A DNA stretch of 64,000 nt from a bacterium (GCA_963693055.1 OY843751.1:3872001-3936000), one strand, 5' to 3'; shown: positions 1 to 11,026, counted from the first letter of the stretch. The notes: a model not told the origin generated them from the letters alone. Numbers and translations: made by a program.

Positions 1-957
1 ATTTCTATAAGCAATTCAACATTTGATAATAATTCTGCCCTTTATGGCGGCGGTATAGCTTGCGAAAACACCAGACTTTTTCTTACAAATTCACGGATTA
101 AAAACAACCACGCAGAAAACGCAGGTGGCGGGTTGGTTTGCTATCAATCGAGCCCCGAGCTGAATCGGGTTACTTTTGAAAACAATACGACTGCAAATTG
201 GGGTGCCGCAATCAGTTGTTCTGAAAATTCAAGCCCTGTACTGGCTCATGTAACAACCCTTCACAACACGGCAGACCAATATGGCGGGGGTATTTTCTGC
301 TGGCGGGGTTCAAATCCTGTTTTGGTTAATTCCATATTATGGGATGATCTACCTCAGCCTGTTGCAATAATGCATGATAAAGTGGCATGCTCCCTTACCG
401 TGTCTCATTCATTGATTGATAACGGTTATGAAGGACTACTACTGAATGATAACGACATCATAAACTGGTTGGATGGCAACATTGTGCAAGATCCATTATT
501 TTCACAATCTGCAATCCTTACAAAACACTCTCCCTGTATTGATGCCGGTACAACAGAGGTTATTTTGGAATCAGACACATTGTGGATTGACAATAGCCAT
601 GACTATTGGGGTAAAGCTCCTGATATGGGTGCTATAGAGTTTGATCCGCTAACAGACGTCTCCCCTGTTCTTGCACCAGAAACATTTTCGGTACATTTGT
701 CCAGTTACCCCAATCCTTTTAATTCATCAACAATGATTGAATTAGGAATTGATAAACAACAGGATTTGGATGTATCCATATACAACATGCTTGGCCAAAA
801 AGTCAAACAATTGGTCAATAAAACGATGGATGCGGGAGAATATAAATTTCTCTGGGATGGTAAAAATAATTACGGAAATGATGCAAGCAGTGGTATATAT
901 ATGGTAGTGTTTACAGGTAATATCAAAAAAAATATAAAAATTCTTTATCTTAAATAG
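1..957 (+). CDS. Secreted parallel beta-helix repeat protein with C-terminal FlgD/T9SS-like sorting domain (5' truncated by window)
   Basis: Frame is open from base 1 (ISISNSTFDNNSALYGGGIAC...). It has repeated FxNNxAxxGG(G/A)I motifs, SPCIDAG and APDMGA motifs, and a C-terminal SYPNPFN...WDGKNNYG..ASSGIY domain. Confidence 0.8.
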   Translation: MSISNSTFDNNSALYGGGIACENTRLFLTNSRIKNNHAENAGGGLVCYQSSPELNRVTFENNTTANWGAAISCSENSSPVLAHVTTLHNTADQYGGGIFCWRGSNPVLVNSILWDDLPQPVAIMHDKVACSLTVSHSLIDNGYEGLLLNDNDIINWLDGNIVQDPLFSQSAILTKHSPCIDAGTTEVILESDTLWIDNSHDYWGKAPDMGAIEFDPLTDVSPVLAPETFSVHLSSYPNPFNSSTMIELGIDKQQDLDVSIYNMLGQKVKQLVNKTMDAGEYKFLWDGKNNYGNDASSGIYMVVFTGNIKKNIKILYLK

Positions 958-1047
958 CAGGTTAATGCTTGTTTTCCAAAGCCTTTTTTTATATATTTAT
1001 TCATTCACGGGAAGTTTTATATTTTCTCATAAATAGAATATAAACAT

Positions 1048-2799
1048 ATGATTACTATACCAGGCCCCAAAAGGTTAATTCTGTATTTTTTATCAGCGTG
1101 GAGTGTGCTGCTTATATTCAGTCTGTCTTTACTTACCATTCGTTATAATGCAACTATCCACGCTATAAATAACAACACGAGACTGGTACAACAAAATGAT
1201 CTGGATGATGCTGCCAGAAACATTCAATCCGCATTTAATGAGATATCTTCAGACATTTTCTATCTATCAAAATCACAAATAATACAAAACTATATCAATA
1301 ATAGAAATCGTGAAAATATCATTCAGGATTGGATAGTTTTTATTAAAGAAAATCCCTATATAGATTCCATAAGATTAATAAGCACCAATGGTAAAGAAAA
1401 AATCTGTATAGAGTACAATAATGGCTTTCCAACCAGTGCGCCTGATGATATTCTTGGGGATCTGTCATCAGATCAGGATTTTAAACAAATCCTAAAATTA
1501 AATCCGGATGAAATATATCTCTCCTCTTTTCATATCAATACTGAATTTGAACGGAAACACCCGGTAAAAAACAAAGCTGCAAAAATTGCAACTAGAATAT
1601 ATAACGCAGGTGTACCATATGGAATCTTGATGTTTATATATCATCCCGAAAAGATTATAAATGGTATCTCCTCTAACCTGTTTTTAATTGATGCCAATGG
1701 TGATTATTTAATACATCCTTTGGCAGACTCGATATGGATATCCCCAAATGAGCTAGAGTCTCCCTTTTCTACTACTCACACTACAGTATGGGATTCTATA
1801 AAAATCAGCAATTCCGGAATGTTGAAAATGAACGGATTTGAATATCTGTATTCTACAATACAACAGGATATATATTTTATCCATAAAGAGGCAGCCTCAA
1901 GTCCTTCATCAATCAAAGCAGGTTTGAAATTAATTTCTGTTCTTCCCAACAGAGACATTGCATTACAAATCAAGAGTACAAAACACAATTTTTCAATCCT
2001 TTTCCTTATCATTACAATGTTTACCCTGTTGATTGCTGCATTGTTTACATGGGTAAACCAGAGTAGAGAAAATGCCGTTGCAATGCTTCAGGCAAAAGCA
2101 AACGAACTGGAAGCAAACAATAATACCAAAAACAAATTATTTTCAATCATTGCACATGATCTTCGAAATCCCATAGGTGGCATTAAAAACGTTCTTGAGC
2201 TGTTGGTAGACAAGAGTTTAAACATTGATGAGCAAAAATCCAGAGAGCTGACTGTGGAATTACTAAAATCCGCAGACATGACATACAACCTGCTCGAGAA
2301 CCTGTTACTCTGGGCCAAAAACCAGAAAGATGAAATCAGAGTAGATTTTAAAATATTTGCATTAAAAGATGTTATAGATGAAAATGTTAAATTTGTTGCA
2401 CCTATGGCCAGGAAAAAAGAGATTGAATTGATATCCCAGGTAAAAGGAAACTGTAAAGTGTATGCTGACCCGGATCTGGTCACAACCGTTATTAGAAATT
2501 TGCTAACAAATGCATTGAAATTCACACAACCGGGTGGTACGGTAACAATAAAAACAAAAAAAATCAAAAAATATATCAGAACAAGTATTATCGATACGGG
2601 GGTAGGCATAAATCAAGAGGATATTGATAGCATTTTTGCTCTCAACCTCAAATCTACATATGGAACCGCAAAAGAAAAAGGAAGCGGTTTAGGGTTAGAT
2701 ATATGCAAACATTTTGTTGAACTCAATAAAGGCAGCATTTGGGCAAACAGCAAAAAAGATCAAGGCAGTGAGTTCCATTTTACCATACCTGTACCCTGA
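1048..2799 (+). CDS. Membrane sensor histidine kinase (periplasmic Cache-like domain, HisKA, HATPase)
   Basis: Two TM helices flank a periplasmic domain. H-box IIAHDLRNP, N-box RNLLTNALKF, G-boxes DTGVG and GSGLGL. Confidence 0.9.
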   Translation: MITIPGPKRLILYFLSAWSVLLIFSLSLLTIRYNATIHAINNNTRLVQQNDLDDAARNIQSAFNEISSDIFYLSKSQIIQNYINNRNRENIIQDWIVFIKENPYIDSIRLISTNGKEKICIEYNNGFPTSAPDDILGDLSSDQDFKQILKLNPDEIYLSSFHINTEFERKHPVKNKAAKIATRIYNAGVPYGILMFIYHPEKIINGISSNLFLIDANGDYLIHPLADSIWISPNELESPFSTTHTTVWDSIKISNSGMLKMNGFEYLYSTIQQDIYFIHKEAASSPSSIKAGLKLISVLPNRDIALQIKSTKHNFSILFLIITMFTLLIAALFTWVNQSRENAVAMLQAKANELEANNNTKNKLFSIIAHDLRNPIGGIKNVLELLVDKSLNIDEQKSRELTVELLKSADMTYNLLENLLLWAKNQKDEIRVDFKIFALKDVIDENVKFVAPMARKKEIELISQVKGNCKVYADPDLVTTVIRNLLTNALKFTQPGGTVTIKTKKIKKYIRTSIIDTGVGINQEDIDSIFALNLKSTYGTAKEKGSGLGLDICKHFVELNKGSIWANSKKDQGSEFHFTIPVP

Positions 2800-2908
2800 A
2801 AGAATTACCCAATACGTACTTTTTATCACATGAATGTAATATCTTCTTGAACACTGCAAGACAGCAAACAAAAAAACAACAAGTTACACCATTACAATAT
2901 TTATAATT

Positions 2909-2925
2909 ATGGCTTATTTTTTGCT
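2909..2925 (+). promoter_or_regulatory. Putative sigma54 (-24/-12) promoter
   Basis: TGGCttattttTTGCT has GG-N10-GC spacing and lies about 40 nt upstream of the ATG at 2966. Confidence 0.5.
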
Positions 2926-2965
2926 AATAAATCAATAATGTTTTATTCAAAAACTGCAGGTTAAA

Positions 2966-4480
2966 ATGAATTCTGAAAAGTATTATACAGATCTCTTCAA
3001 CAATGCACTGACCGGTATTTATCAAAGCTCAACTGATGGAAAATTTTTGCATGTCAACCCGGCTATGGCCAGAATAATGGGATATTCAAGTGCCAAAGAA
3101 TTGATAGAATCTATTGATAATATTCAGAATGTTTATATTTATAAAGAACAGCGACAAAAACTGCTTTCACTAATCGACGCTGAGGGGTATGTAGAAAATT
3201 TTATTTCACAAATATATACCCGTGACAATTCAGTTATATGGATTAGTGAAGAAGCCTGGACGATTCGTGATGAGAGTGGAACCGTTATTGGCTTTCAAGG
3301 CATGGTTAAAAACATCAGCCCAAAACGCAATCTGGATGAGAGAATAGCCAAAAAGCAAAAAGTGGCCCACCAAATTCAAAAAATGGAAGCCATCAAGACC
3401 ATGGCAAGAGGAATCTCGCATGATTTTAACAACATTCTGAGCCCCATTGTTGGTTATACAGAAATGCTGCTTGAATTCAATACCCATGATGAAAAGACAG
3501 AAAGATATCTGCAAAACATTCTCAAATCAGTCAACAAGGCCTCAGACCTTTCCGCTAGAATTCATACACTTGCTCAACCTGCAAACTTTAAATCCCAGCC
3601 GGTTTATCTTGATGCGGTTATGGATGATGTAATGAAAAAACTCACCATTTCAATGCCCCCTACTATCAATGTAGATATAGATATTGCGCCAGATATGCAT
3701 CCCGTACTCATGGATGAAAACAACATGTATTATATTCTAATGAATCTGTGTACAAATGCATATATGGCAATGGCCAATAAAGGCGGAACCCTCATGGTGA
3801 AAATCCACCAGGGAGAGCTAGATGGGCAATTTATCAATGAAGAGTTGTTAGACTTGTCTCCGGGTGAATTTATTATTTTGCATGTTAAGGACTCGGGTGT
3901 GGGCATACCGCCGCATGCATTGGAACGTATATTTGATCCTTATTATTCTACGCAACAAAAAGGTAAAGGCCTGGGATTATCTTTATCATATAGCCTGATC
4001 AAACAGCATGATGGAGATATTCAGATAAATAGCAAAGAAAGCAGCGGTACAAGCATAACCTGTTATCTACCGACATTTGATACCATGCTGGACAAAAAAA
4101 ACAACGCTAAACCTTCCAAACACATATTGCTGGTAGATGATGACAAGGATGTGCTGGACATTCAAAAAAAAATGATTGAGAAACTGGGCTACCAGGTAAC
4201 CGCTTTTATTGAAAGTCCCATGGCGTTAGAATCATTCAAAGACTCTCCTGAATCTTTTGACCTGATATTAACCGATATGAACATGCCACAAATGACCGGA
4301 ATCGACTTGTCTAAATCCATATTGAGTATAGATTCGCAAAAACCTATCATATTATGCACGGGATTCAGTGACAGTGTAAACGAATCTCTGGTAAAACGAG
4401 TGGGTATTAAAAAGTTTATCCTTAAACCTTTAACTACACAAAAACTGGCAAACGATCTGAGATCTGTTTTTGAAGGTTAA
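2966..4480 (+). CDS. Cytoplasmic hybrid histidine kinase (PAS-HisKA-HATPase-receiver)
   Basis: N-terminal PAS domain, H-box GISHDFNNIL, NLCTNA, DSGVG, FDPYYST and GKGLGL. Receiver domain has ILLVDDD, LTDMNMP and KP. Confidence 0.9.
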   Translation: MNSEKYYTDLFNNALTGIYQSSTDGKFLHVNPAMARIMGYSSAKELIESIDNIQNVYIYKEQRQKLLSLIDAEGYVENFISQIYTRDNSVIWISEEAWTIRDESGTVIGFQGMVKNISPKRNLDERIAKKQKVAHQIQKMEAIKTMARGISHDFNNILSPIVGYTEMLLEFNTHDEKTERYLQNILKSVNKASDLSARIHTLAQPANFKSQPVYLDAVMDDVMKKLTISMPPTINVDIDIAPDMHPVLMDENNMYYILMNLCTNAYMAMANKGGTLMVKIHQGELDGQFINEELLDLSPGEFIILHVKDSGVGIPPHALERIFDPYYSTQQKGKGLGLSLSYSLIKQHDGDIQINSKESSGTSITCYLPTFDTMLDKKNNAKPSKHILLVDDDKDVLDIQKKMIEKLGYQVTAFIESPMALESFKDSPESFDLILTDMNMPQMTGIDLSKSILSIDSQKPIILCTGFSDSVNESLVKRVGIKKFILKPLTTQKLANDLRSVFEG

Positions 4481-4691
4481 TAATATATATCATAAAAACA
4501 TCTTGCTGGCAAAATATTTTTCTTCATACCAGGAATTTTTCTCTATTTAATATAATTATAGATGATGCTTAATTACATTTTTGTAAATCAATTATATACA
4601 AATATGTGATTCTATGCATTTCAAAAACCTGTCAACCGCATTCAAGTATAATAAAAACAATGCCGGAATATACTTGTTTATGTTTGCTATA

Positions 4692-4709
4692 ACGGTATGT
4701 GATTTGCAT
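4692..4709 (+). promoter_or_regulatory. Putative sigma54 (-24/-12) promoter of the EPS operon
   Basis: cGGTATgtgatTTGCAt has GG-N10-GC spacing and lies about 50 nt upstream of the ATG at 4761. Confidence 0.45.
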
Positions 4710-4760
4710 AATACAGTTATCTAGAGTTGGAGTAAAAATAAAAAAAACCGGTAAAATTTT

Positions 4761-7700
4761 ATGAGTAGTATTCGTGTTCGTCTTCCCTTTTTGTCTTTAC
4801 TTTTTGTCCTTTTGTCACAATCTCTTTTTTCACAAAATCTTGGTCTAGATCCTGATCCTAACCAAATCAATGCGGTGCGTTTTGACCCATCCTATTATTA
4901 TAATTCGGATCTTGAAATCAAAGATATGGCCCATTCCCTGCTGCAAACCTGGAAAGCAAACGGAATTAATACTGTATTTTACAAAGTATATGATCCCGCT
5001 TATGGTGCGAAATATGTTACAGACTATGAATTTAACATTATGGCAGATTATGGCAGACAGGATCTTTTATCATATATCATTGATGCAGCCCGGGAAACGG
5101 GTGACATGCAAATTATTGCATGGATACCCGCATTTCTACACAAATCCGCTTGGGAAAACAATCCTGATTGGCGGGTAAAAAACAAAGATGGAAGCGATTA
5201 CCAACCCAATCCTGAAGACTATTTTCTATGCCCTGCAAACGCTCAGGTCCGTAGCTGGTGGATGGGTTTTATTAAAGATATTCTAAACAATTATCCTGCT
5301 CTGGATGGTGTTGATATTGCAGAGCCTATTGTTAAATGGAATGATCATCGCTGCTATGGCGAACAATGTACTCTATCTGATGATCCCCTATATACTTCAA
5401 AAGCGCTGATAAAAACCTTGAATGAATCTGTTGAACTGATCAACAGCTATGATAAAATATCCTGCATCACCTCTGTTGTTACAGCAAATCGAAATGGCAG
5501 TTTGTTATCAATTAATGAGCAACAATTAAAGTCCGGATTCCATCTGGATGGTGTGCTGGATTATAAATCCCCGCCAAACTGGATCAATCTGGAATTAATG
5601 TGGCAGCAATGGGCAGATTACTATAATGCTGCTAATATTTTTACTCCTGAATGGACCCAAAAAGCCGCTAAAACAGTGGTCCAATTTGTAGATGACCGTG
5701 CAACTTTGATAGCGCATCTTGAACAAACCTCTTTTGGACCTATAAAAGTTGACGCAGAGCAGCTGAATAATGCTATACAATACAGCAAAAAGGCCGGAAT
5801 TGAACATATAGATATTTACGATACCCATTTACTGGATGAAATGAACGCATGGGCAGTAATAAAACCGTCCTTGGAATATGTACCTACAAAGAATATTCTG
5901 GTATTGACGGATCCCAATGGTGAAAATGACGCAAAACAAATTGCCAGCCTTCTCAGCCATTTCAAAACCAATATTGAATTTATCCAACTGGGCAATGATA
6001 CTCCATTACCTGCTATGGACTCTATGCAAACCGTATTTTATGTAGGTATTGATGAAAAATTTCAGATTCCCGTACCGGTACTTGATGCGTTGGAAAGCTT
6101 TACCGGAGATCTGTGCTGGATCAATTACGGTGTTGATCAATATATTAAAAACATTGGAATTGAAAAGACCGGTTTTTATGTAAATGCCATTCATCATGAT
6201 TCATTATATCAATCAGTGCCTTTTAAAGGATATGACCTTCCCCGATTTGATCCTTCATATGTTGAAACCACTATTACTGACAGCAGCAAATGTCGTGTAT
6301 TGGTTGAAATGCAAGGCAATAAAGGCAGCCTCCCTTATGTGATTAAAAGTAGTAATCTCTGGTATTATGCGGATCTGCCAACCGCGTTTGTAACCGAAGG
6401 CGGCAGACATATTGTTATTAGTGATATGCTGCATGACATTGTACGTGAAGACCATAAACCCAAAAAATTGGCACTGATCAGAATTGAAGATATTCATCCC
6501 ATTTCAGACATAAAAGCATTGGAACAGGTGACCGGGTATTTAAAATCTCAGGATGCGCCCTATAGCATTGGTATTGTTCCCTACTATCTGGATCCTGAAT
6601 CTAATTTGACAGCTACATTGAATGACATGCCGGATTTTGTTGATTTTGTGCACAAGACCATGAAATCGGGCGCCACTATAGTTATGCATGGTTCAACCCA
6701 TCAGTTTAGAGGTGAGACCACTGCAGATTATGAATTCTGGGATGGTATGACTGAAGAAGTGCTATTCTCAGACTCGAAGGAATATGTAAGGCAAAAGATG
6801 CTGTCAGGGTTGCAGGCATTTAAAGAAAATGGGATATACCCAATCATTTGGGAAACGCCTCATTATGCCGCGTCACAAATGGATTATGGCGTCATTAATA
6901 ATTTTTTCAATACCGCATATGAACGCAGACAAACAGTAGACAAACACGGTTCCGATCAACTCTTGCCATATATGATTTATAATCATACTGCTGGCAACAA
7001 AATCATCCCGGAAAATTTGGGGTATATCCCTCTTGACGATCCGAATTCAGCCCCCATGCTTCAGGCTGCCGAACATAATCTGGCAATTCGGGACGGTGTA
7101 GCCAGTTTCTTTTTCCATACATTTGTTGATCATAATGCTTTAAAAACCATTGTGCCCAGCTTGAAAAAAATGGGTTACACTTTTACATCGCCACGCTATA
7201 CATCATCCAAAGTAATAGCGCCGGAATACCAGGCACTAACTGGTGATGGTTCTGTAAACCTTACACTAGATGGACAGTATTACCATGAATTTTACCTGGA
7301 TATCAAGGGCAAGAAAAAGAAAGAACTCTATTCTGACTCTACCCTGACTGAAACTGTTAGTAAAGATGTCAAGGTTCCCATGGGTTGGATTTTTATTGCA
7401 GAAAAACTGGATGATAAACCAAAAGGATTTTTTGCAAGAGCAGTCAGCACAATAACTCCCAATGTGCCCGAACTTTCTAAAACTATCTTTAATACTAACT
7501 CGAAATCATTAATTGATGAAGGTTCTTTTCCCATCAGTGCCGGAATTATTGTTGATTCCACCGCAACAGGCCCTGTGGGTATCTCACAAAACAATCTGAT
7601 TAAATCATTACAGGTTGTTGGCATTGATGTACAGATTCTACCCTTTGAAAACCTGATAGAAATCCCCAATGATATAAACATACTGGTTGTTCCCAAGGCA

Positions 7701-9731
7701 GCAGCAGACAGATTGACAGAGCAACAAAATTTATTTATCTCTTATGCTTTGCAGAATGGCATGAATGTCGTTTTTGAAAAGCACTCCAATATTACCAATA
7801 ACATAGGCATTATTGAGCTCGAGCAGGAAATCGTAATAGACAATGTGTATGACGAATATTATCCTGGTGTAAACATGACCTGGAAAACACCGGACACTCT
7901 GCGCGCCTTTGATGTTGATATTGATTATGTATCTTATTACAGCATTCAGGATTCTGGTGATCCTGTTGTAATTGGTGGTGAATATGGCGATGGTAAATAT
8001 CTGTTTATGGGCACTTTATTTGATCCCATTACCGATTATGGATATGCTCGTTTCCCCTACTTTATCGATCTTTTAAAGAGACAGTTTAATCTGGTTCCCA
8101 CGGTACGTAGAAACACTGTAGAAATCTATTTTGAACCGGGTGACCGTGAAGATATCAGCATTGAAGAGTTGGTTAAAATGTGGCGTAACTTTGGTGTTCG
8201 CCGGATCTATGTTTCAACCTGGCATTTTTATGAAGAATATACCTATGATTACGAACGACTCATAGAACTTGCTCACCAGAACGCCATGCTGGTTTACGCA
8301 TGGCTTGAAATTCCACATGTCAGTCAAAAATTTTGGGATAAACACCCGGAATGGAGAGAAATAACCGCAACCGGTAAAGAAGCACAAATCGACTGGCGTC
8401 GAAATATGGCGGTAGATTTGCCAGAATGTCGGCAAGCCATTTTTGATGAATTACAAAAAGCCCTTTTGGAATATGACTGGGATGGAATAAATTTTGCCGA
8501 ACTCTATTATGAATCTCCGGAAGGATTCAAATCACCTCAAAATCTGACTCCCATGAACGATTATGTTCGTAATATGTACTCACAGAAATATGGTTACGAT
8601 CCCAAAAACTTGTTTGCTACCGCATCCCCCTATTACTGGAAGCGTAATAAAAAAGCTGTAGATCAGTTCCAGCAATTCAGAGAAGACAGAATCTTTTATC
8701 TGCATGGTGAATTTTTGAAATTCATGTACGAACTACGGCGCCAAAATGGTCGTGAATGGGAAATTCTGGTTACAACCCTTGAAAATATTTTTTCACCGGA
8801 AATTGGCAAAGCAACCGCAACCAACACCAAACGAATTCTGCAATGGGTAGATGAATATCCCTTTACCATTCAAATTGAAGATCCCCAGCCTTTGTGGGCA
8901 CTGGGTCCTGATCGCTATACAAAAATATTGGATGAATACTCGTCTCTCGATTATCATAAAAACATGATTCTGGATATCAATGTGGTACCTTGGCGTGATA
9001 AAAATATTACTCTGGCGCCAACAAGACAACCAACAGGTCTGGAACTGTTTCAACTGGCTAATGCAGCATCAGCAAAGAATACACGTGTAGCAATCTATTC
9101 TGAAGCCAGTTTATATGAAGTTGATTTCCCCATGCTAACATACGTGTTTGCCAATAAATCACGGGAAAGTATAAACAATAATGAATGGCTGATTGAAACA
9201 CCTTATACAGTCAATACCCTGCTTGACAGGGATGCTCATAAAGATATCATGTTGAATGGTGTGATCTGGCCAGCTTATTATCAGGGACGTGCAATCATTC
9301 CCGCGGGATTGCACAAAATTCAACCGATTTCACGCTATAACGGATTTATAAAAAAGTTCAAATCAGATGTGCGCCTGGTAGAACTGTCAGGTGAATTAAT
9401 TGATGCGCAGTCCATTTCACGTGGTATCGAAATCACCTATCGCTCAGATGCGCCCAATATTCTTGTACTATCAGAAAAACCTCTTGCCATCATAATCAAT
9501 GAAGAAGAGTTGAACATTCCCTCCACCAAAGGAGAGCTGGGCTATTCTCTACGCTTACCGGCAGGTGAACATACGGTAACCATCTATACGCAAACAAATG
9601 GTACTCAAACGCTCAAATACACCAGTGTCGTTATTTCAGGTATGATTGTAATACTGGGAATTTTGGCAGGTTTATTATTATCAACTTTATATCTGCAAAA
9701 TACAATTCGTCGTAAACGCGCTTCAATCTAA
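4761..9731 (+). CDS. Membrane-anchored multidomain polysaccharide-processing protein: GHL10-like TIM barrel, DUF2334/CE4-like deacetylase, second GHL10-like barrel, C-terminal TM
   Basis: Signal peptide. Barrel 1 has IIAWIP...PDWRV...FLCPAN...LDGVDIAE. The deacetylase has RIEDIHP, MHGSTHQ, WETPHY and FFHTF. Barrel 2 has VYAWLE...HPEWRE...YDWDGINFAE. It ends in a hydrophobic helix plus IRRKR. Confidence 0.75.
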   Translation: MSSIRVRLPFLSLLFVLLSQSLFSQNLGLDPDPNQINAVRFDPSYYYNSDLEIKDMAHSLLQTWKANGINTVFYKVYDPAYGAKYVTDYEFNIMADYGRQDLLSYIIDAARETGDMQIIAWIPAFLHKSAWENNPDWRVKNKDGSDYQPNPEDYFLCPANAQVRSWWMGFIKDILNNYPALDGVDIAEPIVKWNDHRCYGEQCTLSDDPLYTSKALIKTLNESVELINSYDKISCITSVVTANRNGSLLSINEQQLKSGFHLDGVLDYKSPPNWINLELMWQQWADYYNAANIFTPEWTQKAAKTVVQFVDDRATLIAHLEQTSFGPIKVDAEQLNNAIQYSKKAGIEHIDIYDTHLLDEMNAWAVIKPSLEYVPTKNILVLTDPNGENDAKQIASLLSHFKTNIEFIQLGNDTPLPAMDSMQTVFYVGIDEKFQIPVPVLDALESFTGDLCWINYGVDQYIKNIGIEKTGFYVNAIHHDSLYQSVPFKGYDLPRFDPSYVETTITDSSKCRVLVEMQGNKGSLPYVIKSSNLWYYADLPTAFVTEGGRHIVISDMLHDIVREDHKPKKLALIRIEDIHPISDIKALEQVTGYLKSQDAPYSIGIVPYYLDPESNLTATLNDMPDFVDFVHKTMKSGATIVMHGSTHQFRGETTADYEFWDGMTEEVLFSDSKEYVRQKMLSGLQAFKENGIYPIIWETPHYAASQMDYGVINNFFNTAYERRQTVDKHGSDQLLPYMIYNHTAGNKIIPENLGYIPLDDPNSAPMLQAAEHNLAIRDGVASFFFHTFVDHNALKTIVPSLKKMGYTFTSPRYTSSKVIAPEYQALTGDGSVNLTLDGQYYHEFYLDIKGKKKKELYSDSTLTETVSKDVKVPMGWIFIAEKLDDKPKGFFARAVSTITPNVPELSKTIFNTNSKSLIDEGSFPISAGIIVDSTATGPVGISQNNLIKSLQVVGIDVQILPFENLIEIPNDINILVVPKAAADRLTEQQNLFISYALQNGMNVVFEKHSNITNNIGIIELEQEIVIDNVYDEYYPGVNMTWKTPDTLRAFDVDIDYVSYYSIQDSGDPVVIGGEYGDGKYLFMGTLFDPITDYGYARFPYFIDLLKRQFNLVPTVRRNTVEIYFEPGDREDISIEELVKMWRNFGVRRIYVSTWHFYEEYTYDYERLIELAHQNAMLVYAWLEIPHVSQKFWDKHPEWREITATGKEAQIDWRRNMAVDLPECRQAIFDELQKALLEYDWDGINFAELYYESPEGFKSPQNLTPMNDYVRNMYSQKYGYDPKNLFATASPYYWKRNKKAVDQFQQFREDRIFYLHGEFLKFMYELRRQNGREWEILVTTLENIFSPEIGKATATNTKRILQWVDEYPFTIQIEDPQPLWALGPDRYTKILDEYSSLDYHKNMILDINVVPWRDKNITLAPTRQPTGLELFQLANAASAKNTRVAIYSEASLYEVDFPMLTYVFANKSRESINNNEWLIETPYTVNTLLDRDAHKDIMLNGVIWPAYYQGRAIIPAGLHKIQPISRYNGFIKKFKSDVRLVELSGELIDAQSISRGIEITYRSDAPNILVLSEKPLAIIINEEELNIPSTKGELGYSLRLPAGEHTVTIYTQTNGTQTLKYTSVVISGMIVILGILAGLLLSTLYLQNTIRRKRASI

Positions 9732-9748
9732 AAACAGCAGGAGTTATT

Positions 9749-11026
9749 TTGCCTTTTTCGCACACATCCCTTGATATACTCTTTTTATTGAGTGTTTCCA
9801 TAACGTGGGCTATGATTCTTTATCAGTTATTCCTGACCATTGCAGGTAACAGATACAGGTACGACATTCAAAAAACTGAAAAAGAGTTGGAACAAATCCC
9901 GGTTAATCCCAAACCGGTATCTATCATGATCCCTGCTCATAATGAAGAACTGGTTATCGAGAAAACCATAGAACGCATCCAGAGCCTGGATTATCCTCCG
10001 GAAATGCTTCAGGTAGTAGTAATCAATGACGCATCACAAGACAACACAGCAGCACTGGTAGAGGCCCTGGCTGAAAAGGACAAACGCATCAAACTGGTTA
10101 CCCTGGAAGGAGACCGGGGACATGGTAAAGCGTATGCCCTGAATATAGGGCTGGAGCATTGCAGCCATGATCTCATTACAATTTATGACGCAGATAATAA
10201 TCCTTCAAAAGATTCTTTGAAAATTCTGGTTTCCCATCTCAGTCAGGATGATGGGCTAGCAGCGGTAATTGGTAAATTCAGGACCATCAATCGCGCAAAA
10301 AACAGTTTGACCCGTTTTATCAATATCGAAACCATGGCATTTCAATGGATTCTGCAAGCAGGCCGCTACAAGACCTCACGTATTGCAATTCTGCCGGGGA
10401 CCAATTATGTTGTTCGTAAATCTGTTATTAAAGAATGCGGCGGCTGGGACCCCAAAGCAATTACTGAAGATTCCGAAATCAGTGTAAGAATTTACAGATT
10501 GGGATACAAGATTAAATTTGTTCCCACCAGTGTAACCTGGGAACAGGAACCCGAAAAAATATCCACCTGGATCAGACAACGCACCCGCTGGGTACGCGGC
10601 AATAATTACGTATTGCAAAAATTTGCTCCCGATACATTTAAATTTAAAAGCCGTTTTTTATTAATAGAGTTCTTTTATTTATTTGCTCTGTACTACCTAT
10701 TTCTGGCTGCAATTGTCATTTCACACATGTTGTTCCTCCTCAGCGCTATAGGAGTAGTGGCGCTAAATGTTCCGGGGCCTTATTTTGGGGTATGGGTTTC
10801 TGCCTACATCTTGTTTGTTCTGGAAATTGTGGTCGTTTTATCTTATGAACATGAAGATTCAGGCATCAATTTATTATACACCCTGCTCATGTATTTTACA
10901 TATTGCCAATTATGGTTATATGTAGTATTCAAGGCCCTCTCGCTCGATTTCAGACGTCACAAAGTTGGCGAATGGGACAAAACCGAACGATTTGAGGTAA
11001 ACGTACCGAGCGAGCAGGAAGCCTGA
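9749..11026 (+). CDS. Processive GT2 polysaccharide synthase, B. subtilis YdaM / Listeria PssC-like
   Basis: Motifs IPAHNEE, GKAYALN, YDAD, TED and RQRTRW. One N-terminal TM and several C-terminal TMs. Blocks GKFRTIN, FINIETMAFQW, PGTNY, TWEQEP, MYFTY and W.KTER match YdaM as recalled. TTG start follows AGGAG. Confidence 0.85.
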   Translation: MPFSHTSLDILFLLSVSITWAMILYQLFLTIAGNRYRYDIQKTEKELEQIPVNPKPVSIMIPAHNEELVIEKTIERIQSLDYPPEMLQVVVINDASQDNTAALVEALAEKDKRIKLVTLEGDRGHGKAYALNIGLEHCSHDLITIYDADNNPSKDSLKILVSHLSQDDGLAAVIGKFRTINRAKNSLTRFINIETMAFQWILQAGRYKTSRIAILPGTNYVVRKSVIKECGGWDPKAITEDSEISVRIYRLGYKIKFVPTSVTWEQEPEKISTWIRQRTRWVRGNNYVLQKFAPDTFKFKSRFLLIEFFYLFALYYLFLAAIVISHMLFLLSAIGVVALNVPGPYFGVWVSAYILFVLEIVVVLSYEHEDSGINLLYTLLMYFTYCQLWLYVVFKALSLDFRRHKVGEWDKTERFEVNVPSEQEA

